From positions 6,721 to 52,639 of the forward strand of contig CAZFSN010000001.1 of NCBI GenBank assembly GCA_964521815.1: a DNA stretch of 45,919 nucleotides, in the 5' to 3' direction. Each line of letters begins with the position of its first letter. Position 1 is the first letter of the stretch. The notes under the pieces were generated by a model. That model was given only the letters and a program-made list of their open reading frames with translations, was not told the DNA's origin and ran no database searches. The stretch comes from an uncultured Ignavibacteria bacterium. Its GTDB lineage: Bacteria; Zixibacteria; MSB-5A5; UBA10806; 4484-95. Of this stretch, positions 36,012-45,574 are shown piece after piece. Both the position numbers and the translations under genes were made by a program.

Positions 36012-36075
36012 AAGATTGCCTGATTCTTTATCAAGATTTTATCATTGATCTTTTACAATGTTCCTGATCCTGCCA

Positions 36076-36813
36076 TTATTTAACCTTTGCAGGATATCCA
36101 ATTGTCTGGCCAAAGAGAACTTTTTGATCGGAGCGCAATTTTAATTTTTTGGCAAGATCCTCTTTATCGCAATTATGGAACCATGCTGCCAGGCCAGTAG
36201 ATGCCGCAAATAAATAAACATTGCCTGCAATCAAGCCGGTATCAACATAATAATAGGATTTTTGAATTTCGGGATCCAAAAGTCCCGGCTCCCTATAACC
36301 GGATGTATTGGCTAACTTATTTATATCCACTACATAGACAAGATGAAGCGGCACATCTAATCCTATGTCACGCTGGCTCTTATTAAGCGCAAAGAGACGT
36401 AAATCTGCGGCATTGACCGGATCGAGCTTGTGGTACAGGGGGTCGTATATAAAAGTCCCTTCTTTCATGACAACATAGACATTAATTTCCTGCGAGTTGC
36501 TTGCAGATCCAGAGGTGCGCCCGTAAATCCCGATCGCAACCTTTTTTCGATTTATCCCACAGGCCGACCAGAGAAGATTCGAAAGCACTTGCAGAGGAAT
36601 TTTTTTGCCGCTTATCTCACGGGTAGTCATTCTTTGCTGTAATGATTGAAATAGTGATTTGCCCCGTGTAAATTTTGGCTTTCGCAGTTTAATCGATTTG
36701 ATTTTTTTCGAAGTTTCTGCTTTTGATTCTCCCTTTTTGGTAACCATATATATCCTCTTTACCATAGCACAGCCAACCAACACCTGTTTATACTCACAAA
36801 ACGCAATTCCCAA
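36076..36813 (-). CDS. Nitroreductase-family protein
   Basis: 245 aa. Motifs: SLFQSLQQRMTTREISGKKIPLQVLSNLLWSACGINR ... YVDTGLIAGNVYLFAAS. The start may be Met17 or Met23. Confidence 0.78.
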   Translation of the reverse strand: MGIAFCEYKQVLVGCAMVKRIYMVTKKGESKAETSKKIKSIKLRKPKFTRGKSLFQSLQQRMTTREISGKKIPLQVLSNLLWSACGINRKKVAIGIYGRTSGSASNSQEINVYVVMKEGTFIYDPLYHKLDPVNAADLRLFALNKSQRDIGLDVPLHLVYVVDINKLANTSGYREPGLLDPEIQKSYYYVDTGLIAGNVYLFAASTGLAAWFHNCDKEDLAKKLKLRSDQKVLFGQTIGYPAKVK

Positions 36814-36819
36814 AAACTT

Positions 36820-37392
36820 CTACTTATTCCAGAGATTCATAATTTCATTATTGTCCAGAACGATTAGCACGATCTCCATATTTTTCAGTGAACGTTCATG
36901 CGCCTCTTTATTGGGCGAGGAAACCGCCTCTTTTGCAATGATTGCAAAAAAGCCACGATTCAATGCTTCACGGCCGCTCGATTCGATACCCATCTCTGTA
37001 GAGATACCGGCAAAGATCAGTGTATCTACCCCGGCATTGCGCATCATCAACTCGAAATTGGTACCGATGAAAATACTCGCGGTATTCTTGGGAATGACTA
37101 TATCATTTTCGGCAGGGGAGATAGTTAGTTCCAGCGCATTCGGGGAGGTCCCGAAGCTGCGCTTCTTTAGGAGAACTCTTCGGGGCGGGGATTCGAACCG
37201 CTCCGGCAAGGGAGTGATTTTGGAGAAGAAAATTGGAATCCCACTTTTTCTTGCCGCCGCGATTAATTCGCTGACTTTAGAAAGAAATTCCATCTTGTTG
37301 AATATCCTGTCAACAAGCGCATTCTGCACATCCCAAATTACAAGCGCGGTTTTTTCGGGATTTCTGATCTCTTTTAATATTTCCTGATCCAT
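36820..37392 (-). CDS. Isochorismatase-family (cysteine) hydrolase
   Basis: 190 aa. Motifs: TALVIWDVQNALV, DTLIFAGISTEMGIESSGREA. Confidence 0.85.
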   Translation of the reverse strand: MDQEILKEIRNPEKTALVIWDVQNALVDRIFNKMEFLSKVSELIAAARKSGIPIFFSKITPLPERFESPPRRVLLKKRSFGTSPNALELTISPAENDIVIPKNTASIFIGTNFELMMRNAGVDTLIFAGISTEMGIESSGREALNRGFFAIIAKEAVSSPNKEAHERSLKNMEIVLIVLDNNEIMNLWNK

Positions 37393-37416
37393 GGTTTTGC
37401 TCTCCTTTTGAACTGA

Positions 37417-38427
37417 CTATCTGTCATGCGACAAACGCTCCAGCATCCAGTATGGATAAGCCCTTGGCGGCATGCTCATTTCATCCAGCCGTGCCACCTC
37501 ATCTGCGGTCATTTCCCAGACCGCGGTTTTAAGGTTATCCTTAAGTTGCTTTTTATTTTTAGCTCCAATGATCACAGAGGTAACGCCCGGCTTACTGAGC
37601 AAATAATTCAAGGCCGCCTGGGTAATCGTCGCATTATGGTTTTTTGCTATCCTCTCGAGCTCGTCTACTATATCAAATCCTTTTTCTTCGTCAAATTGCA
37701 AAAACTGATTGGTTGGATCGCTTCTTCTTGCTCCTTCCGGACGGGGTTTGCCCCGCCTGTATTTCCCGGTAAGGAATCCGCCGCCCAGCGGGCTCCATGG
37801 AAGGATACCCAGCTTTTGATCGAGCGCAAGGGGCACTAGTTCATTTTCAAGGTCACGAGCAATCAGGGAGTACAGAGCCTGAAGAGTAACGAATCTTTCA
37901 AGATTCTGCTGATCGGATATGGCCAGCGCCTTCATCAGCTGCCAGCCGGTGAAATTGGATACGCCAATATATCGCACCTTTCCCTGCCTTACCAGATCAT
38001 CAAGGGCCCTCAGTGTCTCCTCAAGCGGGGTTCGTGGATCAAAACTGTGAACCTGGTACAAATCGATGTAATCCGTGCCGAGCCTCTTAAGGCTTGCATT
38101 GCAGGAATCAATAATATGCTTCCGGGAAAGGCCGACATCGTTGGGCCCCTGTCCAGTCCTTCCTCTGACTTTGGTGGCAAGAATGATATCCTTGCGCTTA
38201 TCGCCGAGCGCTTTGCCGAGAATCTCCTCGGACCATCCTTCGGAGTAAACATCAGCGGTATCAAAGAAATTTATCCCGCCATCTATCGCGATATTTATCA
38301 ACTCATTGGCTTCCTTCTGCTGGACCTGCCCGACCACAGTCCAGTATCCCCTGCCGCCAAAAGTCATGGCGCCAAAACATAGTTCGGAAACCCTTACCCC
38401 GGTATTGCCAAGAAATCTTGTCTTCAT
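37417..38427 (-). CDS. Aldo/keto reductase
   Basis: 336 aa. Motifs: LGNTGVRVSELCFGAMTFGG, FFDTADVYS.G.SEEILGKAL, DLYQVHSFD, IGVSNF. Confidence 0.9.
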   Translation of the reverse strand: MKTRFLGNTGVRVSELCFGAMTFGGRGYWTVVGQVQQKEANELINIAIDGGINFFDTADVYSEGWSEEILGKALGDKRKDIILATKVRGRTGQGPNDVGLSRKHIIDSCNASLKRLGTDYIDLYQVHSFDPRTPLEETLRALDDLVRQGKVRYIGVSNFTGWQLMKALAISDQQNLERFVTLQALYSLIARDLENELVPLALDQKLGILPWSPLGGGFLTGKYRRGKPRPEGARRSDPTNQFLQFDEEKGFDIVDELERIAKNHNATITQAALNYLLSKPGVTSVIIGAKNKKQLKDNLKTAVWEMTADEVARLDEMSMPPRAYPYWMLERLSHDR

Positions 38428-39101
38428 GTTCAGCTCCTCCTTTTAAAGCCGATTATGGAAGCGGAAAACTCTATGCTTTTTGAATTTTAACCAGAGATTG
38501 GTTTTTGTTGTTCCCCGAAAGCAACCGGCTGTTTCCGTAGCAGGCCATGACATTCAAGTGGATGTGAAATTCCTCAAGTTCAGGGCATTGAAAATAGATG
38601 AGTTGCTTACTCAGAATAATGCTATTAAATTTTTGGAATACGTATTGCCAAATTTCCATTTAGAATCCAAACTGCCAGAACTGGTAATGGTCATGAGTTT
38701 TAAGCCAAATTGCACGACACTAGTTACCGACGTTTCTTAATTAGGCCGGCCCCTGGGAGCTTCAGCAGTCAAATTTTCAATATTAGCCAAGCTGGTTCAT
38801 AACCAGCCAAAGAACTATTGATCCCATATGCGTTATTTTCAACAGAATTCGATTATGTTTAGTAGATTATACTTATTAGAGGTTATCCACCCCAAAACAG
38901 GTTTATAACACGTTGTGGTACTATACGTTATAATTGTATCCGGGGATCATTAGTTCTCATCCACTTTTTAAATAACTTATTATTATACAACGCATTAAGT
39001 ATGGCACAAAACATTGGCACAGATCCGCCACAAATGCCAAATTTCAACAATATAGCACTGTGTATAAAATATTATAACATTGATTACTAACGACTTTTTA
39101 A

Positions 39102-39177
39102 TGGTAGCGCTACGGGGAATCGAACCCCGGTTTGATGGCTGAGAACCACCCGTCCTGGGCCACTAGACGATAGCGCC
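39102..39177 (-). tRNA. tRNA-Glu (anticodon CUC), CCA encoded
   Basis: The reverse complement folds as a cloverleaf: GGCGCTA TC GTCT AGTGGCCCA GGAC G GGTGG TTCTCAG CCATC AAAC CGGGG TTCGATT CCCCG TAGCGCT A CCA. The D-arm resembles E. coli tRNA-Glu. Pair 1:72 is G:U. Confidence 0.85.
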
Positions 39178-39273
39178 AAATCGTCTTGAATATATATAAA
39201 TCAAATGGCAAGTCAAGGTTATAATGGTAAACGAAATATATTAGAAGATATATTCTTTAACTCGAAGAAAATT

Positions 39274-41883
39274 CTAAGTCCACGAGTTGATTTTTACATT
39301 ATCCGGTATTGGGTTTACAACCGTATCGCCTATCCAGCGCATCAGTTCCAGGCCGAATTGATCAGTCATGTCTACATGATACGGGAGTATTCTCAAAGAA
39401 TAGCCGAACAAGCCGCTTTCATCGCAGGGAATATAACCCTCATACTTATAAAGATCATCATGGACCTGACCGGCGCATGTCATTTTTTCGACATTAGCCT
39501 CAATTATATTGTATTCAGAATCCATCGGCCCGCTCAATATCTGAACCTTGACATCATCCGGCTTAATACTGCCCAGCGATATTTCCGCTTCAACTTTCAA
39601 AGCGTAACCCACTTCGACTTCTTTTTTCTGGACACCGGCGCTGATAATTTTCACGTGATGCCAGTTGTCGCGTATAAATTGCTTCCACATAACGAGCTGT
39701 TTGGTTTTAATATAATTATTGGCCGACAGGTTTTTCCAGTTGGCGTAGGCTTTCAAATAATAATTCTCGGTATATTCTCTCACCATCCTGTTAGTATTGA
39801 AAACCGGTGAAAGTTTGGAAAGCGATTTTTTGATTTTGCCGATCCAGCCGCGCGGCAAGCCATCGCTGGAAAGATTATAGAAAAGTGGAATGACATCGTT
39901 TTCCAAAACATCGAACAAGGCCTTGCTTTCGACCTCATCCTGATAGTTGGGGTCGTCATAGTCCTCACCGGCCCCGATAGCCCAGCCATTATCATAATCA
40001 TAAGCCTCGACCCACCAGCCATCTAAAATGCTTAAATTGAGGCCGCCGTTGGGGACCACTTTCATGCCGCTGGTGCCGCTGGCCTCGTGAGGCCGACGCG
40101 GCGTGTTAAGCCAGAGGTCGACACCCTGGACCAGGTAGCGGGCGACATTGATATCGTAATTTTCCAGAAATATGATATTTTTTCTGATACCCGGCTGGCG
40201 GGCGAAATGCACGATTTCCTTAATCAGCTCTTTGCCGCCGTTGTCAAGCGGATGCGCCTTACCGGCGAAAATGAATTGCACGGGGCGTTCTTTATTGGTC
40301 AAAAGCCGCTTTAATCTTTCGGGGTCGCGCAGAAGTAAAGCCGCGCGCTTATAGGTGGCGAACCGTCTGGCAAAACCGATAGTCAGGGCTTCGGGATTAA
40401 GCGATTCCTGGGCCGAATCAATTTCTTTGGCGGCCGCGCCCCGTCGCTTAAGCTGGTCGGCTAAACGTTTTCTGGTATAGGCCACCAGCCGCTCGCGGCG
40501 TCGCTCATGTATGCGCCATAGTTCGACATCGGGAATGTTATCGACCCTCTGCCAAATCGTTTGATCAGCCGGTTTTTTTATCCAGTTGGGACCGAGATAG
40601 CGAATAAAAAGCTCGGACATCTCGTGCGATACCCAACTTCTGGTGTGTATCCCATTGGTAATATGCTGAATCGGGATCTCGCTTAGCGGTACATTCGGCC
40701 ACACCGATCTGAACATTTTCCTGGATACGTCGCCATGAAGTCGGCTGACACCATTGGCGAAAGCCGTCGTACGAATAGCCATCAAAGCCATATTGAACAA
40801 TTCCTGGTCATTATTAGGATTGTGCCTGCCCAGAGCCAGGAAATTGCTTTTTTTCATGCCGAATTGCTTGAATATATTCGCCAGATATTTTTCGACGATG
40901 GTGGGGTGGAAGATATCAATACCGGCGGGAACCGGCGTGTGAGTCGTGAAAATCGTGCCGCTTTTAACAATCTCGGCCGCTTCTTCCGGTGTCAGGCCGT
41001 CTTTGGTTACCCGACGGCGCATCCTCTCCAATGCCATGAAAGCCGCGTGGCCCTCGTTCATATGACACACATGAACGTGAATATCGAGTTTCCGCAAGGC
41101 CAGCATACCGCCAATACCAAGTATCAGTTCCTGCTGAATCCTGGTTTCTTTATCGCCGCCATAAAGCTGATAAGTAATCTTTCGATCATCATAGCTGTTT
41201 TCAGGGGTATTCGTATCGAGCAAAAACAAAGGAATGCGCCCGACCTGGACTTTCCAGATGCGGCAAATAATATTTCTGCCGGGAAATTCCACTTCGATCA
41301 ATACCGGCGAACCATTACTATCGGTCATCATCTTGATAGGTAAATTATAAAAATCGTTTTCCGGATATGTCTCCTGCTGCCAGCCATCGGCATTGAGATA
41401 TTGCTGAAAATAGCCCTGTTGATACAACAGGCCGACTCCGGCCAATGGGATACCTAATTCGCTGGCCGATTTCAGGTGATCGCCGGCTAAAATTCCCAAA
41501 CCACCCGAATAAATTGGCAAACACTCGGTTAGTCCGAATTCCATGGAAAAATAAGCAATTTTGGGCGTCTCCACTTTGCCGTATTCGCTTTCATACCAGG
41601 TTGGGCCGGTCATGTAAGTTTTCAGATTAGTATGAGCCCGTTCGAGTTGGGCCATGAAGCCTTCATCGTTTAAGGCCTGGCTAAGTTTATCCTGTTTGAT
41701 AGAACCCAACATTCTAACCGGGTTATTGCCGGAATCCCGCCACAAATCCCGGTCGAGATGCCGGAAAAGTTCGACCGTCTCGTAATTCCAGGTCCAATGT
41801 AGGTTGAAGGCTAATTCTCTTAACGCTTCCAATTCGGGAGGAAGGACAGCCTTAATTAGAAATGTATCAAAAGCTTTCGCCAT
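39274..41883 (-). CDS. glgP: Alpha-glucan (glycogen/maltodextrin) phosphorylase, GT35, long form with DUF3417-type N-terminus
   Basis: 869 aa. Motifs: LRELAFNLHWTWN, YFSMEFG, GGLGILAGDHLKSASELG, EASGTSGMKVVPNGGLNLS. Confidence 0.92.
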   Translation of the reverse strand: MAKAFDTFLIKAVLPPELEALRELAFNLHWTWNYETVELFRHLDRDLWRDSGNNPVRMLGSIKQDKLSQALNDEGFMAQLERAHTNLKTYMTGPTWYESEYGKVETPKIAYFSMEFGLTECLPIYSGGLGILAGDHLKSASELGIPLAGVGLLYQQGYFQQYLNADGWQQETYPENDFYNLPIKMMTDSNGSPVLIEVEFPGRNIICRIWKVQVGRIPLFLLDTNTPENSYDDRKITYQLYGGDKETRIQQELILGIGGMLALRKLDIHVHVCHMNEGHAAFMALERMRRRVTKDGLTPEEAAEIVKSGTIFTTHTPVPAGIDIFHPTIVEKYLANIFKQFGMKKSNFLALGRHNPNNDQELFNMALMAIRTTAFANGVSRLHGDVSRKMFRSVWPNVPLSEIPIQHITNGIHTRSWVSHEMSELFIRYLGPNWIKKPADQTIWQRVDNIPDVELWRIHERRRERLVAYTRKRLADQLKRRGAAAKEIDSAQESLNPEALTIGFARRFATYKRAALLLRDPERLKRLLTNKERPVQFIFAGKAHPLDNGGKELIKEIVHFARQPGIRKNIIFLENYDINVARYLVQGVDLWLNTPRRPHEASGTSGMKVVPNGGLNLSILDGWWVEAYDYDNGWAIGAGEDYDDPNYQDEVESKALFDVLENDVIPLFYNLSSDGLPRGWIGKIKKSLSKLSPVFNTNRMVREYTENYYLKAYANWKNLSANNYIKTKQLVMWKQFIRDNWHHVKIISAGVQKKEVEVGYALKVEAEISLGSIKPDDVKVQILSGPMDSEYNIIEANVEKMTCAGQVHDDLYKYEGYIPCDESGLFGYSLRILPYHVDMTDQFGLELMRWIGDTVVNPIPDNVKINSWT

Positions 41884-42107
41884 TATTTACTCCACCGGTT
41901 TCACCTTGAAACTTATCAAGTTCACGATTAATTAATCATATTTGTACTGTTAATTGATTATCGACCATTACTGAAGTTACCTTTAAATCATTCCTAAATT
42001 GATGAATACAATGATAATTATAGTCAATTCATCAAAGATATGTGTCGCCATAGCGGCGTTTGCTTTATATTTTAGCAAGTTGTGCAAATTTGGCTATCAC
42101 TCTGAAT

Positions 42108-43622
42108 TTAGACGACTATCCGTTTCAATCTTTTTATATCTTCATCAACTAATTTGGTATATTCCTCCGTACCGGGTTTTCCCAACATAGAAAACATCGC
42201 CTTTTTATAATCCTCCACGCCCGGTTGAATGAACGGATTATGTCCGGCCATATAACCCGAAAGCGCCACCGACAGCTCCATCATGAAATAAAACTGTCCA
42301 ATATTGAAAGCGTTCCGGCGAGGGATATCGATAGTCATATTGGGCACGTCGCCCTTGAAATGCGCGTACGCCGGGCCATCAATGACTTTCTGGTTAATAT
42401 AATTCATGTCGCGATTGTTATCCGATAGATAGTTCAAACCATCAAGGTTTTCCGAATCGGGTGGGACAGGTATTTCGTTATCGCTTTCCCGCAGTTTAAT
42501 AAATGTCTCGATCATGTTCCGTTCGCCTTGCTGAACCATCTGGCCGTTGGCGTGAAGTTTTTCCGAGTACATCGATGGCGATACCCAGAGGCCATAGCCT
42601 TTATGGCCCTCACTTTCGGGAAACAATTGCTCCATCCAGCGGGTCAGTTGGTATATTGAAGCCGAGTTTGCCGCCACGACCTCTATTTTTTTGCCTTTTT
42701 TATAAGCTAAATATCTGATCGCGGCATGAAGCAAAGCCGGGCTGCGCCAAAATTCGCTCTTATCGGTTATTTTCTTCATCTGCCTGAAACCGGCCACGAA
42801 CTCGTGAATATCTATACCGGCCATAGACAATCCCACCAGGCCGACATCGGATAATACCGAAAACCGGCCGCCGATATTATCCGGCACAACAAACGTCCGG
42901 TAGCCTTTGTCATCAGCCAGCTTTTTTAGCGCTCCCCTGGTTTTATCGGTGGTAGCAAAAATGAAATCGGAGGTTTTATCGCCCGCCCAGGCTTCAATCA
43001 GTTTTCTGATAATTCTGAACGCAATAGCCGTTTCGGCTGTTGTCCCCGATTTGGAGATAACATTTACGCCGACCCGTTTGCCTTTAACAATATCCAGCGT
43101 ATCGCGAAGAAAATCAGGATCGAGGTTTTGGCCGAGAAAATATATCTCCGGCGCGCCGCCGCGCTGGTCGCGCGGAAGCTGGTTGAAATAACTATGAGTC
43201 AGGGCCTTTACAGTCGCCTCGATACCCAGGTATGAACCGCCGATCCCCAGCGAAAGGTAAACATCGATTTTTTTACTCAGGTTCTTCGCCGCCTTAACTA
43301 TGTCATCGAGTTTGCTTTTAGTGATTTCATCGGGAAGATTCAGCCAGCCCAGCATCGGAATACCGTTATCCAGGCAATCGCCCTGTCTGTTTTTCAATTG
43401 GTTGTGTTTTTCCTGAATTTGCGGGCTAATAGAATCTAATTCATCTGAGGATATAAACGGCTCACTGTTGGCCGCGTTTAACATATAAGTTAGATCGAGC
43501 CTGATCTGATTGTTTTTAATGAAATCATCATCCGGATAGAAATTTGACCGAGTCGATGAATGAATATGGCGATTTATAGTTTTATTTTCACCAAGCGCGG
43601 TCAGCTTTATTCCTTTTTTCAT
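42108..43622 (-). CDS. pgi: Glucose-6-phosphate isomerase
   Basis: 504 aa. PGI-family motifs: LSLGIGGSYLG, VISKSGTTAET, GGRFSVLS.VGL. Confidence 0.9.
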   Translation of the reverse strand: MKKGIKLTALGENKTINRHIHSSTRSNFYPDDDFIKNNQIRLDLTYMLNAANSEPFISSDELDSISPQIQEKHNQLKNRQGDCLDNGIPMLGWLNLPDEITKSKLDDIVKAAKNLSKKIDVYLSLGIGGSYLGIEATVKALTHSYFNQLPRDQRGGAPEIYFLGQNLDPDFLRDTLDIVKGKRVGVNVISKSGTTAETAIAFRIIRKLIEAWAGDKTSDFIFATTDKTRGALKKLADDKGYRTFVVPDNIGGRFSVLSDVGLVGLSMAGIDIHEFVAGFRQMKKITDKSEFWRSPALLHAAIRYLAYKKGKKIEVVAANSASIYQLTRWMEQLFPESEGHKGYGLWVSPSMYSEKLHANGQMVQQGERNMIETFIKLRESDNEIPVPPDSENLDGLNYLSDNNRDMNYINQKVIDGPAYAHFKGDVPNMTIDIPRRNAFNIGQFYFMMELSVALSGYMAGHNPFIQPGVEDYKKAMFSMLGKPGTEEYTKLVDEDIKRLKRIVV

Positions 43623-43739
43623 GTCCTTTAATTCCTGTTAAATGATTGCGCTGTTCATGAGATAATAACTTACCATAATCTAATATGTAAAACAATTAGT
43701 TTATGGACAGGATGTACTCGGCCCGGTATATTTAAACAT

Positions 43740-45359
43740 TCATTTGGATACAGAGGCCGGGGCGGCTACAGGGCCGGCTTTTTTAACATCACCGGGCGCC
43801 TCATCATCGAACTGTTTGAAATTATCGATAAACATTTGCGCCAGTTTCCGGGCTTTGTCATCATAGGCGTTCTTATCCTGCCAGGTCGAACGCTGATTAA
43901 GCAATTCAGCCGGAACCCCCGGACAAGTCTTCGGAACCTCGACGCTAAAAACCGGATCTTTGACGAATTCGATATTATCCAAAGCGCCGCTTAAGGCCGC
44001 TTTTACCATCGCCCGGGTATACGCGATTTTGTATCTTTTACCGGAACCGTAAGGGCCGCCGGTCCAGCCGGTATTCACCAACCAGCAATTGGCTTTATGT
44101 CTTTTGATTTTTTCATCTAACAATTTGGCGTATTTAAACGGATGAAGGACCATGAACGGCGCACCGAAACAGGCGGAGAAAGTAGCCTGCGGTTCCGACC
44201 CGATCCCTTTTTCGGTGCCGCCGACTTTGGCGGTATAGCCCGACATAAAATGATACATCGCCTGTACCGAGGACAGTCTGGCTATCGGAGGTAATACTCC
44301 AAATGCGTCACAAGTGAGCATGATAATGTTTTTTGGATGTCCGGCTGTCGTACCGGTAAATGCGTCCGGAATATGATTTAGCGGATAGGCCGCCCTCGTG
44401 TTCTCGGTCAGGCTGTCATCATCAAGATCCAGTCTTCTGGTCCAGGAATTGATAGCCACGTTTTCCAGAACCGTGCCGAAACGGCGGGTTGTTTCATAAA
44501 TCTCCGGTTCGGCCTCTTCGGAGAGCTTGATAACCTTGGCATAGCAGCCACCCTCGAAATTGAACACGCCGTTTTTGCTCCAGCCATGTTCATCGTCGCC
44601 GATCAAGTTTCTTTCCGGGTCCGCCGACAGCGTAGTTTTGCCAGTGCCGGATAAGCCGAAAAACAGCGCCACATCCCCGGCCTTGCCTATATTGGCCGAA
44701 CAATGCATGGATAGTACGTTTTCAAGAGGTAGAAGGTAATTGAGGAAAGTAAACACCGATTTTTTTATTTCGCCGGCGTAACTTGTGCCGCCGATAAGGA
44801 CGATCTTCTTGGCTAGATTCAAAATTACGAACGTCTCGGAATTAGTGCCATCGAGACTGGGCACGGCCATAAAGTTGGGGGCGTGAATCACCGTGAATTC
44901 CGGCTTATGGTCCTCGATTTTGCCGCGAGGGGCGCGGATAAACATATTCCGGGCGAATAAATTGTGCCAGGCGGTCTCGGTAATAACTCTTACCGGCATC
45001 CGAAATTCTTTGTCGGCGCCGGCGAAACAGTCCTGCACGAATAGGTCTTTCCCCTGAAGGTAGGCCTGGAGACGGTGAAACATAAGTTGAAATTTCTCCG
45101 GGCTGAACGGTTTATTGACTTTTCCCCACCAGACGTTTTCCCGGGTGGTCGGTTCCTCGACAATGAACTTATCCTTAGCGGCCCGGCCGGTGTGCTGGCC
45201 GGTCCTGACCACGATCGGCCCGAGATGGGCGATTGATCCCTCGCGCCTTTTGATTATCTCCTCGTAAAGCAGGGGAGTATTGTAGTTGCAAAAAACTCTG
45301 CCGGTGTTCGAAAGCCCGTATAATTCCAGGCTGCAGCTTTCATTATAATTACCGTTCAT
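43740..45359 (-). CDS. pckA: Phosphoenolpyruvate carboxykinase (ATP)
   Basis: 539 aa. Motifs: TGRAAKDKF, FFGLSGTGKTTLS, IGDDEHGW, FNFEGGCYAK. Confidence 0.95.
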   Translation of the reverse strand: MNGNYNESCSLELYGLSNTGRVFCNYNTPLLYEEIIKRREGSIAHLGPIVVRTGQHTGRAAKDKFIVEEPTTRENVWWGKVNKPFSPEKFQLMFHRLQAYLQGKDLFVQDCFAGADKEFRMPVRVITETAWHNLFARNMFIRAPRGKIEDHKPEFTVIHAPNFMAVPSLDGTNSETFVILNLAKKIVLIGGTSYAGEIKKSVFTFLNYLLPLENVLSMHCSANIGKAGDVALFFGLSGTGKTTLSADPERNLIGDDEHGWSKNGVFNFEGGCYAKVIKLSEEAEPEIYETTRRFGTVLENVAINSWTRRLDLDDDSLTENTRAAYPLNHIPDAFTGTTAGHPKNIIMLTCDAFGVLPPIARLSSVQAMYHFMSGYTAKVGGTEKGIGSEPQATFSACFGAPFMVLHPFKYAKLLDEKIKRHKANCWLVNTGWTGGPYGSGKRYKIAYTRAMVKAALSGALDNIEFVKDPVFSVEVPKTCPGVPAELLNQRSTWQDKNAYDDKARKLAQMFIDNFKQFDDEAPGDVKKAGPVAAPASVSK

Positions 45360-45517
45360 TTATCCCTCCAATATTTTTTGCTTAATTTAACCTGTTAAAC
45401 TTACTTTATCGTCCCAAAGTTCGCATTAACTTAATTTAAAGAGGATATATTTTCGCTGTTCATACGGTCGAAAAATGCAAAGTAAATTAATTCAATGGGT
45501 AAGTTCAATCATATAAA

Positions 45518-45550
45518 TGAAAAAGGCTGGATCTGATTTTGATCCAGCCT
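45518..45550 (-). terminator. Rho-independent terminator after the SWIB-domain gene
   Basis: On the minus strand: AGGCTGGATC, 7-nt loop, GATCCAGCCT, then TTTTT. The plus-strand stems are at 45524-45533 and 45541-45550. Confidence 0.7.
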
Positions 45551-45574
45551 TCGACTAAATCGCGAATGACAGGC

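Noticed and set aside
36659-37387. A 242-aa plus-strand ORF opposite the isochorismatase and nitroreductase genes. Analogous long antisense ORFs lie at 6420-6968, 8509-9009, 32941-33555, 39205-39810 and 40735-41343.
   Set aside because: Each lies antisense to a gene with clear family motifs. None has a recognisable domain or RBS.
38471-38740. Two overlapping small ORFs (62 aa on the minus strand, 86 aa on the plus strand) next to the tRNA, considered as possible integrase or transposase fragments.
   Set aside because: They have no recognisable catalytic motif, their composition is AT-rich, and they overlap each other. They are probably non-coding.
39002-39020. TGGCACAAAACATTGGCAC on the plus strand looks like a -24 element. 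A similar TGGCACAAGCAACAT occurs at 13300-13314.
   Set aside because: Neither has GC at the -12 position with correct spacing, and neither has a plus-strand gene downstream. They are most likely chance TGGCAC occurrences.
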